Shown in pieces: positions 1-10,160 of a stretch of 64,000 bases of DNA (position 1 is the stretch's first letter; every line of letters starts with the position of its first letter). Location: assembly GCA_965249275.1 (NCBI GenBank), contig CBDFLQ010000007.1:416001-480000 (forward strand). The letters are read 5' to 3'. The position numbers and the translations under genes were made by a program. This DNA comes from Dehalococcoidia bacterium (lineage in GTDB: Bacteria; Chloroflexota; Dehalococcoidia; Plut-88900). The notes under the pieces were generated by a model. The model did not search any database. It saw only the letters and a program-made list of their open reading frames with translations, and was not told where the DNA came from.

Positions 1-85
1 GGGATGAGAGAACGGTGATTTCCTCTTTGACCTGTCGATCAAGGGCCTGAGTGACTCTATCTGTCGTAGAGGCCGTTGGCGTCAT
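1..85 (-). CDS. 5' portion of a possible CDS running off the left edge (MTPTASTTDRVTQALDRQVKEEITVLSS...)
   Basis: ATG at 85 on the minus strand with an open frame to the window edge, same orientation as the upstream operon; too short to assign a function. Confidence 0.3.
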   Translation of the reverse strand, partial: MTPTASTTDRVTQALDRQVKEEITVLSS

Positions 86-163
86 GTGAGGTAGTGTCTG
101 CTCGAAGTGTGAGGCTGCGACCTATTATGCCCTACACGCGCTTGCCGTTCAAGCGGGGCAAGC

Positions 164-1486
164 CTATCCGCTCCGGTCCTCCAGCACCAGATTGGCAATC
201 CGCTGTCCCAGGCGCACGGAGTAGTTGGTGCCTCGGTCCTCAGGGTAGATCTGGGTAGTGTTCGCGAGGTAGAGGTCTTTAATAGGAGTGCGGTGCGCCG
301 GTATCTTCTCGCCGTAGTTCGTCGTCACTATGGGCTGCGCCGCCTCCTCACGGTGGTAGTAGTATTCCTCTATCCACGACTCTTCAAATTCGGGGTTGAG
401 GCGTTTCAGGTGAGGCAGGTACTCGGCCATCAGCTCTTCCCGGCTCATCGAGTACATCGGGCTTTCCTTGCCCAGGTAGTTGCTCAGATAGACGAGGTGC
501 TTATCGCCATAGTGTGACTTGTCGATGAAGTTAGTGTGCTCGATCACTGCGAGGAAGGGTGTCTTGTATCCGCTGATGTTCATCCAATATATGCGGGAGA
601 GGGAATGCTTCAGCACCATAACGACCAGGATCGCGGCGTGGTATTTGATCCTCTGCAACGTCTCCGTATATTCCTCCGGGAGCTCGGGGACGAGCCTCGG
701 GAACACGTAAGAAGGCGTAGTCGAGATAACCAGATCGAACTCCTCGTATGCCTCCTCGCCCCCCGGCTGCCGGATCTCCAGCCCCGTGGCTCGGTTGTCC
801 TTTACCCTCACACGGGTCACAGGTGTAGAGATGTGCACTTCCCCTCCCATCCCCTCAATACGCTCCGTGAGCACTTCGAACACTTCTCCGAAGCTGCCCA
901 TCGGGTAGCCCAGCCTCTCCTTCTGCATGCTCTTATCCCGGGAGGCGACCCTCAGGTAGATCTTGCCCCACAGCCAGGCCATGCTGACGTCGTCGGCGCT
1001 CGCCCCGAACTTTCCGCGTAAGAGAGGGCCCCAGACCACATCGTAGGCCTGCTGACCGGCCCACTTCACTATCCACTCCTTGGCCGTGACCCCTTCGAAT
1101 TTCTTCCAGTTGGACGTCTTCTGAAGATAGAGGGTTACAAGCCCCAGCCGGATGCGATTGATGAGGCTCAAGGGCTTGAACTTGAGCAGATCGAAGGGAG
1201 TGACGAAGTTGTAGATGGTGCCGTCGTGGTAAAAACCGACTTTGGACTCTATCCAGGCCAGCTTCTCTCCGAGGCCCAGCTCGTGGATCAGGTCCACCAT
1301 GTGGGTGTCGCTCTTGAACAGATGATGGTAGCCGCGCTCCAGGCGGCCGTTGCCAACGTCGAAGGTCGCGGCCTGGCCCCCTACAAAAGGAGCCGCTTCA
1401 TAGACCTTCACCGAGTGGCCCTTCTTAAGCAGCTCGTATGCTGCGGCGAGGCCAGCCGCCCCGGCCCCTATTACACCTATTTTCAA
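164..1486 (-). CDS. NAD(P)/FAD-dependent oxidoreductase (protoporphyrinogen oxidase/amine oxidase-like family)
   Basis: N-terminal GxGxxG (IGAGAAG) and GGQAAT; C-terminal 'IYPEDRGTNYSV' motif typical of the family found in glycosylation clusters. Confidence 0.8.
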   Translation of the reverse strand: MKIGVIGAGAAGLAAAYELLKKGHSVKVYEAAPFVGGQAATFDVGNGRLERGYHHLFKSDTHMVDLIHELGLGEKLAWIESKVGFYHDGTIYNFVTPFDLLKFKPLSLINRIRLGLVTLYLQKTSNWKKFEGVTAKEWIVKWAGQQAYDVVWGPLLRGKFGASADDVSMAWLWGKIYLRVASRDKSMQKERLGYPMGSFGEVFEVLTERIEGMGGEVHISTPVTRVRVKDNRATGLEIRQPGGEEAYEEFDLVISTTPSYVFPRLVPELPEEYTETLQRIKYHAAILVVMVLKHSLSRIYWMNISGYKTPFLAVIEHTNFIDKSHYGDKHLVYLSNYLGKESPMYSMSREELMAEYLPHLKRLNPEFEESWIEEYYYHREEAAQPIVTTNYGEKIPAHRTPIKDLYLANTTQIYPEDRGTNYSVRLGQRIANLVLEDRSG

Positions 1487-2556
1487 TCCTCGGGATCTCC
1501 TTCAATAGATATCGGCCCCCCAGCGCCTGCGCCCGCAGTGGCAGGCCCCCCTCGCACCAGTTCCATCAGAGAGCGGTGTTCAAACCACAGATACATTATG
1601 CCCGCTACGACAACCGGAAGCCACAGCACCACGTGAAGCGTAGCCGCGTACGCCACAGAAACCTCGGGGCTGTACCCGAAGGACACTAGGGTGATCTTTA
1701 TTGCCCATTCGAATGTGCCGACGTTGCCGGGTGCGGCTGGAAGTGCTCCCACGAGGTTCGAGGTAGCCGTCACCACCATAGCCAGCGCGAAGGATACGTC
1801 GAAGTCGTTCCCGAAGGACAGCGTGATCAGGTAGTACATCAAGGATTCCATGATCCACACGGGCAGCGACATTATGAAGATGACCAGCACCTTCTTGGCG
1901 CTGTCCAGGGAACCCAGCCCTTCAATAAAGGTCTCCGCCAACCCCCGGACCCCGACCCTGAACCGGGCCGGCACGAATACCAGAAGCAGTTCTATCGCCC
2001 GATTCGTCAGGCTGGGTCTCACCGTAAGGGCTACGAATACCACTATCGCCCCAACGAACACCACCAGCACCGCGGCGCTTCCCGCAACCCGTTCCCATGA
2101 CCACTCTCCGGCGTCGTTCTTCAGCAGGTCGGCCAGGGGCAGGAAAGGCCAAACTACCAGGATGAAGAATATGAGGGTTAGCCCATCGAATACCCGGTCC
2201 ACCCCCACGGTTCCCAGCGCCGAGCTGGCGCTCATTCGCTCGCGTGTCGACAGGTAGTACGACCGCGCCACCTCTCCGAGTCGCACAGGCATGATATTGT
2301 TGGCCATGTACCCGACTATCGTCACTGGGTAGAGCCGGGATATCGAGACATCGGCCAGGTGTTTCATCAGGTATTGCCAACGAAGTGTCCTGAACCACAA
2401 CGACCCGAAATAGACCACGATGGCCGGAGCTACGTACAGATAGTTCGCGCCCCTAAGGGCGTCAAACGTTTCCGAGTAGTCGATGCGGAAGAGGAAGAGG
2501 GCGAGGAAAAGGGCGCTTACGGCCAGCCCCAGCCAGACCTTTTTAGACCTTAGCAA
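1483..2556 (-). CDS. Lysylphosphatidylglycerol synthase-like TM domain protein (UPF0104 flippase-like)
   Basis: Multi-TM; motifs RTLRW, GYMANNIMPVRLGEVAR, DRVFD, PAAPGNVGTFE. Confidence 0.85.
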   Translation of the reverse strand: MLRSKKVWLGLAVSALFLALFLFRIDYSETFDALRGANYLYVAPAIVVYFGSLWFRTLRWQYLMKHLADVSISRLYPVTIVGYMANNIMPVRLGEVARSYYLSTRERMSASSALGTVGVDRVFDGLTLIFFILVVWPFLPLADLLKNDAGEWSWERVAGSAAVLVVFVGAIVVFVALTVRPSLTNRAIELLLVFVPARFRVGVRGLAETFIEGLGSLDSAKKVLVIFIMSLPVWIMESLMYYLITLSFGNDFDVSFALAMVVTATSNLVGALPAAPGNVGTFEWAIKITLVSFGYSPEVSVAYAATLHVVLWLPVVVAGIMYLWFEHRSLMELVRGGPATAGAGAGGPISIEGDPED

Positions 2557-2651
2557 TGACTGGTACGCCTTGAGTTGGAAGTGATTTCATAGTCGACGGG
2601 CGTGCCCCTAGGCCAGCCCTGTTAAAACGATGTGATGACAATGTTGCTTCA

Positions 2652-2680
2652 ATTATAGGAAGGCCGTCTCTTGTGGGCAA
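2652..2680 (-). promoter_or_regulatory. sigma70-type promoter for the flippase/oxidoreductase pair
   Basis: Minus strand TTGCCC-N17-TATAAT. Confidence 0.5.
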
Positions 2681-2701
2681 CTTGCAGGCATAGACACCTG
2701 T

Positions 2702-5443
2702 CTATTGCTCTTCTTCCGATTCAAACGGTACAGGCCCCAGACGGAAGAAGACTATGGAATCTTCCGAGCCCACGGGCTTGTCCTCTGTCAGTTCCCGATA
2801 CAGGAAGAAGTCCCACCACTGCCGCCAAGCATCGCCGCTGCCCAGTGCCCCGACGAAGTTATCAAGGGGTAAGGGGTCCGACCCGCTCTTGTAGGTGGCG
2901 AACTCGGGGAACCACGCCCGATGACCAATCCGTTCACCTTCACCGAAAGCGTCCAGGAACTCCGCCGAGGCTGCCTCGTTCCTGTAGTGCATCACTATGA
3001 CCTCGGCTTCGGGCTCGGCGTTCAGGGATGCACAAGTGGAATCGGAGGTGTTGGCGTCATAGCACGGCCAATGCACCTTTTCGTAGTCGCGCAGATACCA
3101 TCTCCACGGGTAACCGAACCCACTGGTCCTGTCGATGATGATGGGCAAGTCATAGCCTAGCCCCGTCTCAATTGCTCTCTCCTCGATGTTGGCCATAGTC
3201 CGCGTTATGTCGGGTGTGGTCTGGGTGTAGACCAGCATCTCGATGGGATAGTCACCCGTCCCCGGCCTACCCACCCCATACGCCGCCTCCACCCCCACCC
3301 GCACCGAATGGAACCCGACCAACCCCACCGCCAATACCGCCACAACAGCCACCGTCAACCGTGCATCGAAGCGCGGCTTCCAATCGACTCGGGCCAACGC
3401 CTTGCCCACAAACCTAGCCGCGACCAGTGTGATGGGCAGTGCAGTGTGCACCATCAGCCACGGCATCTTCTCCCCCGCCGCCGAGTACAGGACCAGCGTC
3501 GAAGCGAGCCAATAGATCAGGAAGACGTCAATCTTGTTCTCGGGGGTCAAGGACTTGTATGCGATCACTGAAAGGGCTGCGAAGAGTACGAGGGCATTAA
3601 GCGGCTCCTGAGCCGCCGCTATCGAGTTGAAGAAATCGACGCTCGTAGCGTCGAACAGCCGCGGAGCCGCCCAGTTGAACGCAAGCAGAAGAAGAGCGGC
3701 CACGTTGGCTATCAACAACCTGCTCCGCAGAAACCCCTTGTCGAAGATTGCTCCGTACGTAACCAGGACAAACGCAGCCCCAAGCAGCATCATCGCCCCG
3801 ATGATAAACCGGGTATCCGGATTCTCCGGCATCCAGTAGGTGTACAGGACCAGGCCCCCGGCAATTGCCCAGAATATTCCCTGGTAGAGCAGCAAGCCCG
3901 GCTTCAGCGCCGCCTTCTGCCTCAAGAGCAGCCACCCCCCACCTATAAGCACGATTACGAGGGCCAGAAACTCATAGGTCGCGGTCATAATCAGGTAGTA
4001 ATACCAGGGCTGTGCTCCCCGCCTCACCTCTTGCTGCGCTACCCAGTACCCCAACGACTGCCACAGCCCGCTCCCCAGCCCCTGGCCCGTGTTCGTAAAG
4101 AATGTCGTGAACAGGACTGCAAATATCGACCAGAAGATGACGCTGGATATCAGGAACTTCTTGCGGTCCCACTTTAGCCCTATGAATATGCTCGCTGCGA
4201 AGAGATAGATAACGATGCCCACCGCTATCGCCAGGCTCACGTTGCCGGAGGGCGCTCCGTCGGGGATGCCCGGCACATGGCCTTCGCTCCCGCCGCCAAA
4301 TCCGTTTGGGTTGGCGAGGGTAAGGCCGAGAGGCTCCTGAAGAATACCCGCCGCCGCACCCATCAGGGGCAGTGCGAGCAGGACAGGCAACAGCCACGGT
4401 GTTCTTCGGAGGTCCCCCATCAACCTCGTGGTATCGATAAACCGTCCAAAGTCCAACCATCGATTAAGTCGGGACCTTTGCAGCATCCACAACCAGGGCA
4501 GGACTCCCACGTAGACCCCTATAACCACGCCCAGGGAAACAAGGCTGAAGGTCGGGTTTACCCTGCCGAAAACGTCGTATATGTCGAAGGACCATAGGAT
4601 GGCAGCTACAACCCAGGCCGAAGCGAGGGTGAAGACCAGCGGGTAGGGCGCAATCCGAGGCCAGAGCCATCTTGCCGCGTCGGAAACTCCATTGAGGGTT
4701 TGCCGGAGTATCCGTGGGCGCCACTCTCTGCCTCTCTCATTCTCAGACTCTTTCTCGGTTTCCCACCCCTCGCGCCCTGCCTTTAACGACAGCAGGAGAA
4801 AGAATCCACCCATGATGACCATCAGGATGAACGTGCTCTCCTTGGTTGCGAATGCCATGCCAAACAGAGCAGCAGCACCGTACAGATACCTGGCCTTTCG
4901 ACCCGAGGTGTACTTCCAGAGGCAGATGGCCAAGCCGAGGGTCCAGACGGCCATGTAGGCGTCGTTACGGGCGAACCGGGTGAAATACAGGATGGAAGGG
5001 GAGAGGAGGAGCATGAGGCTCGCAATCATGCAGGCCCAGCGGCCCAAAAAGCTCCGCAGGAAAAATGGCAGCCCAACGAGCACGACTCCGAACACCGCCG
5101 CCAACCCCCGAGCCGTTACCTCGCTCTCTCCGAACAGGTTGAAGAACAGGTTAAGGCCGAAGAACTGGAACGGGCCGTGGGTCAGAGGGTTGTGCTGGTA
5201 CGCGTTCAAAAAGCCCAACGCGAAGAAGGCGTGGATGCTCTCATCGTGGTGTATGGCCCGGGTGCCGAGATCCCAGAACCTCGTCAAAACCGCCAGTGCC
5301 ACTACCCCGACATAAAAGGCGACTTCCCAACCTGGGAGTCCCTTAAGCCACATCCCCAGGCGCGCACTCATCGCGGTCAGGCGACTTCTCGGCTCATCGG
5401 CGGACATGACGGCGTTCGCTTCTACCTGGCTTGGCCCAGTCAA
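2702..5443 (-). CDS. TIGR03663-family (Agl23-like) GT-C-fold membrane glycosyltransferase-like protein
   Basis: HHDESIH, YQHNPLTHGPFQF, RFARND, AFATKE, QPWYYY, GEKMPWL, EMLVYTQT, YPWRWYLRDY motifs; many TM helices. Confidence 0.8.
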   Translation of the reverse strand: MTGPSQVEANAVMSADEPRSRLTAMSARLGMWLKGLPGWEVAFYVGVVALAVLTRFWDLGTRAIHHDESIHAFFALGFLNAYQHNPLTHGPFQFFGLNLFFNLFGESEVTARGLAAVFGVVLVGLPFFLRSFLGRWACMIASLMLLLSPSILYFTRFARNDAYMAVWTLGLAICLWKYTSGRKARYLYGAAALFGMAFATKESTFILMVIMGGFFLLLSLKAGREGWETEKESENERGREWRPRILRQTLNGVSDAARWLWPRIAPYPLVFTLASAWVVAAILWSFDIYDVFGRVNPTFSLVSLGVVIGVYVGVLPWLWMLQRSRLNRWLDFGRFIDTTRLMGDLRRTPWLLPVLLALPLMGAAAGILQEPLGLTLANPNGFGGGSEGHVPGIPDGAPSGNVSLAIAVGIVIYLFAASIFIGLKWDRKKFLISSVIFWSIFAVLFTTFFTNTGQGLGSGLWQSLGYWVAQQEVRRGAQPWYYYLIMTATYEFLALVIVLIGGGWLLLRQKAALKPGLLLYQGIFWAIAGGLVLYTYWMPENPDTRFIIGAMMLLGAAFVLVTYGAIFDKGFLRSRLLIANVAALLLLAFNWAAPRLFDATSVDFFNSIAAAQEPLNALVLFAALSVIAYKSLTPENKIDVFLIYWLASTLVLYSAAGEKMPWLMVHTALPITLVAARFVGKALARVDWKPRFDARLTVAVVAVLAVGLVGFHSVRVGVEAAYGVGRPGTGDYPIEMLVYTQTTPDITRTMANIEERAIETGLGYDLPIIIDRTSGFGYPWRWYLRDYEKVHWPCYDANTSDSTCASLNAEPEAEVIVMHYRNEAASAEFLDAFGEGERIGHRAWFPEFATYKSGSDPLPLDNFVGALGSGDAWRQWWDFFLYRELTEDKPVGSEDSIVFFRLGPVPFESEEEQ

Positions 5444-7833
5444 TTCTCTCTCACTTTGTATATGGTGATTTGCCCGCTCTCGAATACGCGGTCCATAAAC
5501 TCGTCGAAGGTGGCTGTCGTGTCCAGGCCATACAAGTCACGCTCCAACCTGCCCACGTAGACGTATTCGACGCCGTATTTCTCGAGCAACCCCTCAACCA
5601 CCGAGACATCGGCCTCCGTATAGATCGCTCTCACGTCCTCGGCCCTCTCCCGGAACCCGCGCCGGCTCCCTCGCCACTGTTCCTCGTGCCCTGCCCAACC
5701 GAGAACTGCCGGCACACCGGTGCGCCCCGAGATTCGCGCATAGTCGAGCCTGTAGTCTCCGCCGGGAGTGCCCCGGTCATCGACGGCCACGGCCTCTACC
5801 ATCACCGACTCCGGACCCGAATCTTCTGAAATGAACACCAGGGCTCGGGTCTCCGGGGACTCGGGGCCGCCGAGGAACGCCAGACCGTTAAGAGTCGGCT
5901 CTGCCGAAAAGGAGTTCGTCTTGTTGTTCAAAGCACCCAAAGTAAACATCGCCGATGCAACGATCAACAATCCTACCAGCACCGTCGCTGTCGTGCCCAC
6001 CACCGCTTTGCTGATTCTCGACCAGTCCCATCCCGAGGCCAAGTAGTAGACGCCAAACGCCGACGCCGCGGCTAGCAGTATCCAAGCCTGGTAGTAGAAC
6101 TTGAACACCGTGTTCATCCTGTTGCCGAAAACGTCCACGATTCGAAAAAGTTCCGGGCCGAGTGTCGCAAGCAGGCCCGCGAATAACAGGATGAGGGCAA
6201 AGGTAGTTGCGGCCCGGTTCTCGTTCTTAGCGTTCAGTCCGAGCCTGAGAATCAGCCAAAGGGCCAACCCTAGAATCAACAGAAGAGGAAATGTCCCAAG
6301 GATCCGTGCCCCGATCTCGTCCAGACTTCCCAAGACATCTCCCTCCACAAGGCTTTTTGACAGTACGATTGCCGCCCAAATCGCAAAGGGGGCCAGCACC
6401 AGCAACGTCCCGGAGTGCCACACTCGTCCAGTGTCGGACCTGGAACGGAGGTAGCGGAAGGTCAAGGCCAGCAGGAATGGAACGCTTATGAGCAGGAAGA
6501 GCCCCACAACCAGGAAGTAATGGATGTATCGGGTGTGGACTCCCTCCACGGGGAGCACCCAGGGGAAGAGGGGCGAGGGCCTGTCTCCGAGATAGAAGGG
6601 CAGGTACAGGACTACCACCGCAGCCACCAAGGCCCCGGCGAACAACCCCCAGCTCTTCATCTGTTCGCGACCCCACCCCACCCCCGACCAGTGATTCGCG
6701 ATCAACGTAGTCCCCAGGAACAACCCGAGTCCCAGCGGTAAATCCCAGCTGTTCAGGAATCCCAACCCTCCGATACAGAGCGCTATTACCGCGAACCCAA
6801 CCTTATTGTCCCGTACCCATCGCAGTCCAAACGTCTCTCCCGATGCGAGGGTTCGCAGACCCAGGCCCAACGCGAGAATCAGGAACGGCAGCGACATCAC
6901 GTGCGGGTGGAGGTCTCCGAGGATGAAGCTGAAGCTTGGAAACTCCGTGATCGCGGGCGTCGAGCCGCCTTCTGCGGCCTGGATGACCCGAGTCGTGCGC
7001 CACCACCACCAAAAGTCTCGGGAAAACCATGAGGAGGTCTCCGGCGCCGTCGTCGCCCCCTCCACCCCGATCCATGACCACACACCCTCGCCCCCCACCC
7101 CCCATGCCCGTACCATCTCCGCCACCGACTGCAGGTTCCCTATCCCCACAACCAGCAACGCTGCCAGCAGCCCGACGGCTACCGGTATCTCGCGCCCATC
7201 CCCATTTTTCCGTCGATGTATCCCTACCATCTCCGACACCAGTCCAAACGCCCCGACCGCCGATAGAGAGAACAGCAGGGCAATCGCAAGGTTGTACGCC
7301 ACCGCCGCCTCGACGCCCGTTACTTTGGCCAATACTCCGTGCATAACGTAGCCAAAGTAGTAGTAGCTCACCGAGTGTCCGCTCAGCCACGGGTCTTGTG
7401 GGGGCATGGACTCGGCCCTGATAACCGAGTTGAGCAGGGCAAAGTCCATCGGCTGTTCCGTGTGGCTGATTGCGGGGTCGTAGGCCCGAGCGGCGGCCCA
7501 CCCGGCGAAAGCCGCCAGGAACAGCACGTCCACGATGACTATCGTCCATCGCTGCTCTCGCACGTATTGCCGGAACTCGTCGAGTCTCCGGCAAACAACC
7601 AGGAACGAGGCCACCGCCAGGACTATCGCCAACCCCGACACCCAATAGCGGTTGAGAGGGATTATCCCAGTGAACCCCACCATCCACACCAGGAAGCTGA
7701 AAAGCAGTATCCCTACTGCTTTGGAGAAGGCATAACCGCCGTAGGGCAGGCGGGAGAACAGGACGAAGGTGACCGGCAGGGCAATGAGACCCAGGGCCTC
7801 GACTGCGAGCGCCCAGGAAATGAAGTCGATCAT
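5440..7833 (-). CDS. DUF2298 / Chlor_Arch_YYY (TIGR03662-like) membrane protein
   Basis: EQPMDF, PPQDPWLSG..SYYYFGY, ITEFPSFSFILGDLHPH, NSWD, RMNTVFKFYYQ, GWAGHEEQWRG motifs. Confidence 0.85.
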   Translation of the reverse strand: MIDFISWALAVEALGLIALPVTFVLFSRLPYGGYAFSKAVGILLFSFLVWMVGFTGIIPLNRYWVSGLAIVLAVASFLVVCRRLDEFRQYVREQRWTIVIVDVLFLAAFAGWAAARAYDPAISHTEQPMDFALLNSVIRAESMPPQDPWLSGHSVSYYYFGYVMHGVLAKVTGVEAAVAYNLAIALLFSLSAVGAFGLVSEMVGIHRRKNGDGREIPVAVGLLAALLVVGIGNLQSVAEMVRAWGVGGEGVWSWIGVEGATTAPETSSWFSRDFWWWWRTTRVIQAAEGGSTPAITEFPSFSFILGDLHPHVMSLPFLILALGLGLRTLASGETFGLRWVRDNKVGFAVIALCIGGLGFLNSWDLPLGLGLFLGTTLIANHWSGVGWGREQMKSWGLFAGALVAAVVVLYLPFYLGDRPSPLFPWVLPVEGVHTRYIHYFLVVGLFLLISVPFLLALTFRYLRSRSDTGRVWHSGTLLVLAPFAIWAAIVLSKSLVEGDVLGSLDEIGARILGTFPLLLILGLALWLILRLGLNAKNENRAATTFALILLFAGLLATLGPELFRIVDVFGNRMNTVFKFYYQAWILLAAASAFGVYYLASGWDWSRISKAVVGTTATVLVGLLIVASAMFTLGALNNKTNSFSAEPTLNGLAFLGGPESPETRALVFISEDSGPESVMVEAVAVDDRGTPGGDYRLDYARISGRTGVPAVLGWAGHEEQWRGSRRGFRERAEDVRAIYTEADVSVVEGLLEKYGVEYVYVGRLERDLYGLDTTATFDEFMDRVFESGQITIYKVREN

Positions 7834-7875
7834 GTCGGGCTAACCACGGTCATGGAATGCACACCCATATTATCC

Positions 7876-7918
7876 ATAAAGCCGATGCGTCCGCCTGAGG
7901 CGGACGCATCGGCTTTAT
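7876..7918. repeat. Perfect 20-bp inverted repeat (REP-like; may act as ftsY terminator)
   Basis: ATAAAGCCGATGCGTCCGCC-TGA-GGCGGACGCATCGGCTTTAT just downstream of ftsY. Confidence 0.7.
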
Positions 7919-7950
7919 ATAGCCCGTTGTCGGGCGCCGGGGGCAAGTCT

Positions 7951-8886
7951 CTATCCCAGCAAGGCCGACACAAATTCTTCCGCGTCAAAGGGGGCCATAT
8001 CGTCGAGGCCTTCGCCGGTGCCTATAAACCTGATGGGAATGCCCAGCTCGTCGCAGATGCTAAGGACTACGCCACCCTTCGCGGACCCATCCAGCTTGGC
8101 TAGGAAGATTCCCGTCACACCCGCCGCCTCGATGAACTGTCGGGCCTGGGCCACCGCATTCTGCCCGATCACCGCATCCAATACGAGCACCACTTCATGG
8201 GGTGCGGATGGGTCGAACCGGCTGATGACTCTCTTGATCTTCTGTAGCTCTTGCATCAGGTTGTACTTGGTGTGCAGCCGACCCGCGGTGTCCACTAGTA
8301 CAAGGTCGGCCTTACGGTTTCGGGCGCTGCTCAGCGCGTCGAAAGCCACCGCCCCAGGGTCCGACCCCTGCTGGTGAGCGACGACGTGGGCCCCCGACCT
8401 TTCACCCCACACCTCCAACTGCTCGATGGCCGCGGCCCGGAACGTGTCAGCCGCTGCAAGCACCACACTTTGCCCCTCGGAACAGTAGGCGTGGGCCATC
8501 TTGCCTATTGAAGTCGTCTTCCCGCCTCCGTTCACCCCGACCACCAACACCACACCCGGCCCACCGTTAACGGAGGATAGAAACTCTCGGTCGCCTGTGG
8601 CCTTGGACAGGATGGCCGCCATCTCCTCTCGCAGCGCAGCCCGGATATCGTCCGGATTGCCCAGTCTCTCGCTCTTGACCCGTTCCCGCAGGGTCTTGGA
8701 GATCCGGGTGGATGTCTTGACGCCTACGTCGGCCGATATCAGAGTCTCTTCGAGGTTCTCCCAGAACTCCTCGTCTATCTTGGGCGTGTTAAATACGCCG
8801 ACAATTCGCCGGAAAAAACCCTGCTTCGTACGCTTGAGGCTTTCCTCGGTCTTCTTTTCACGTCTTCTGAGTCTAAAAAATGGCAT
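7951..8886 (-). CDS. ftsY: SRP receptor FtsY
   Basis: GVNGGGKTT P-loop, DTFRAAA, DTAGR, AKLDGSAKGG, GTGE. Confidence 0.97.
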   Translation of the reverse strand: MPFFRLRRREKKTEESLKRTKQGFFRRIVGVFNTPKIDEEFWENLEETLISADVGVKTSTRISKTLRERVKSERLGNPDDIRAALREEMAAILSKATGDREFLSSVNGGPGVVLVVGVNGGGKTTSIGKMAHAYCSEGQSVVLAAADTFRAAAIEQLEVWGERSGAHVVAHQQGSDPGAVAFDALSSARNRKADLVLVDTAGRLHTKYNLMQELQKIKRVISRFDPSAPHEVVLVLDAVIGQNAVAQARQFIEAAGVTGIFLAKLDGSAKGGVVLSICDELGIPIRFIGTGEGLDDMAPFDAEEFVSALLG

Positions 8887-8946
8887 GTCTGCTCCTGAAT
8901 CGATGTTAACACTCGCTAAAAAACACGGTCAACATTTGCCCCCGAA

Positions 8947-8975
8947 TTGACACTCCCTTCCCCCGTTCTTATCCT
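8947..8975 (+). promoter_or_regulatory. sigma70-type promoter
   Basis: TTGACA-N17-TATCCT upstream of the 9010 gene. Confidence 0.5.
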
Positions 8976-9009
8976 TCCCTCAATCAGTCCCTCCCCCTAG
9001 GAGTTTGCC

Positions 9010-10134
9010 ATGCCCGAACCCACCCTCTGGACACCCTTATGCGATATGCTCGGAATCCGGTTCCCGGTACTACAGGCCGGCATGGTGCCGGGCGGCTCCC
9101 CCGAACTCGCCGCGGCCGTTTCCAACGCCGGGGGCCTTGGTGTGCTGGGTGCGTCCGGCTGGGAGCCCGAGGACATCCGCCAGAAGATTCGCTGGATCCG
9201 AAACCACACCAACAACCCATTCGGCGTCGATCTGCAGCTCCCCGTGTCCATGGCCGATGTCGACGACAACCGGGAAGAGGTCAAGGCCACTCTCCATTTC
9301 GACTATCCGAACCACGTCGCCTGGGTCAAGGACGCCGTCCAAAGGCACTCCGTCCCCGAGGCCAAGGCAGGAAAATCATTTGCATATAATCCCGCCTTCA
9401 TCCGACGTCAGGTCGAGGTGATTCTGGAAGAAGAAGTACCCGTGTTCGTCTCGGCCCTGGGGCCGCCCGGCTGGATGACCGAGGACGCTCATAAGCTCGG
9501 CATGAAGGTCATAGGCATGGCCGGCAGCCCACGGCACGCCCGCCGTCACGTCGATGCCGGAGTCGACATCGTAGTAGCCCAGGGCAACGAGGCAGGGGGA
9601 CACACTGGAAGAATCGCCACGATGGTGCTCGTGCCACAGGTCGTCGATGCTATATCTCCCGTCCCGGTGGTCGCCGCCGGGGGGATCGGGGATGGGCGGG
9701 GAATTGCCGCCGCTCTTTCTCTCGGGGCCCAGGGCGTCTGGTGCGGCACCCTATTCCTCTCTTCCGACGAAGCAGCCGTCCCCGACATCCACAAGCGCCG
9801 CATAGTCGAAGGCCGCTCCGAGGACTGGGTAATCAGCCGTCTCAGCTCCGGCAAGACGGCCCGCTATTTCAACAACGTCCTGGTCCAGGAATGGGCCGAC
9901 TCCGGCCTGCAGGCCCTCCCCATGCCACTGCAGGGCATGCTCATCGAAGACATGGAGCAGGGTGTGGTTGAAGGACATTTGGAGGAGTTGGAACTGAATT
10001 CCGGCGGACAGGTCGGGGGGCTGATCGGAAAGCGAAGGCCCGCGGCCCGCATAGTGGAAGACCTGGTGAGTGAGGCGTCCGAGGCCTTGGCCCGACTTAC
10101 CCGCTATTTCATCGGAGCAGAGGCCAGGAACTAA
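9010..10134 (+). CDS. Nitronate monooxygenase / FabK-like flavoprotein
   Basis: AAAVSNAGGLG, QGNEAGGH, AAGGIGDGRG motifs. Confidence 0.9.
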   Translation: MPEPTLWTPLCDMLGIRFPVLQAGMVPGGSPELAAAVSNAGGLGVLGASGWEPEDIRQKIRWIRNHTNNPFGVDLQLPVSMADVDDNREEVKATLHFDYPNHVAWVKDAVQRHSVPEAKAGKSFAYNPAFIRRQVEVILEEEVPVFVSALGPPGWMTEDAHKLGMKVIGMAGSPRHARRHVDAGVDIVVAQGNEAGGHTGRIATMVLVPQVVDAISPVPVVAAGGIGDGRGIAAALSLGAQGVWCGTLFLSSDEAAVPDIHKRRIVEGRSEDWVISRLSSGKTARYFNNVLVQEWADSGLQALPMPLQGMLIEDMEQGVVEGHLEELELNSGGQVGGLIGKRRPAARIVEDLVSEASEALARLTRYFIGAEARN

Positions 10135-10160
10135 GACCTCGATCCACGGAGAGTCCTAAC

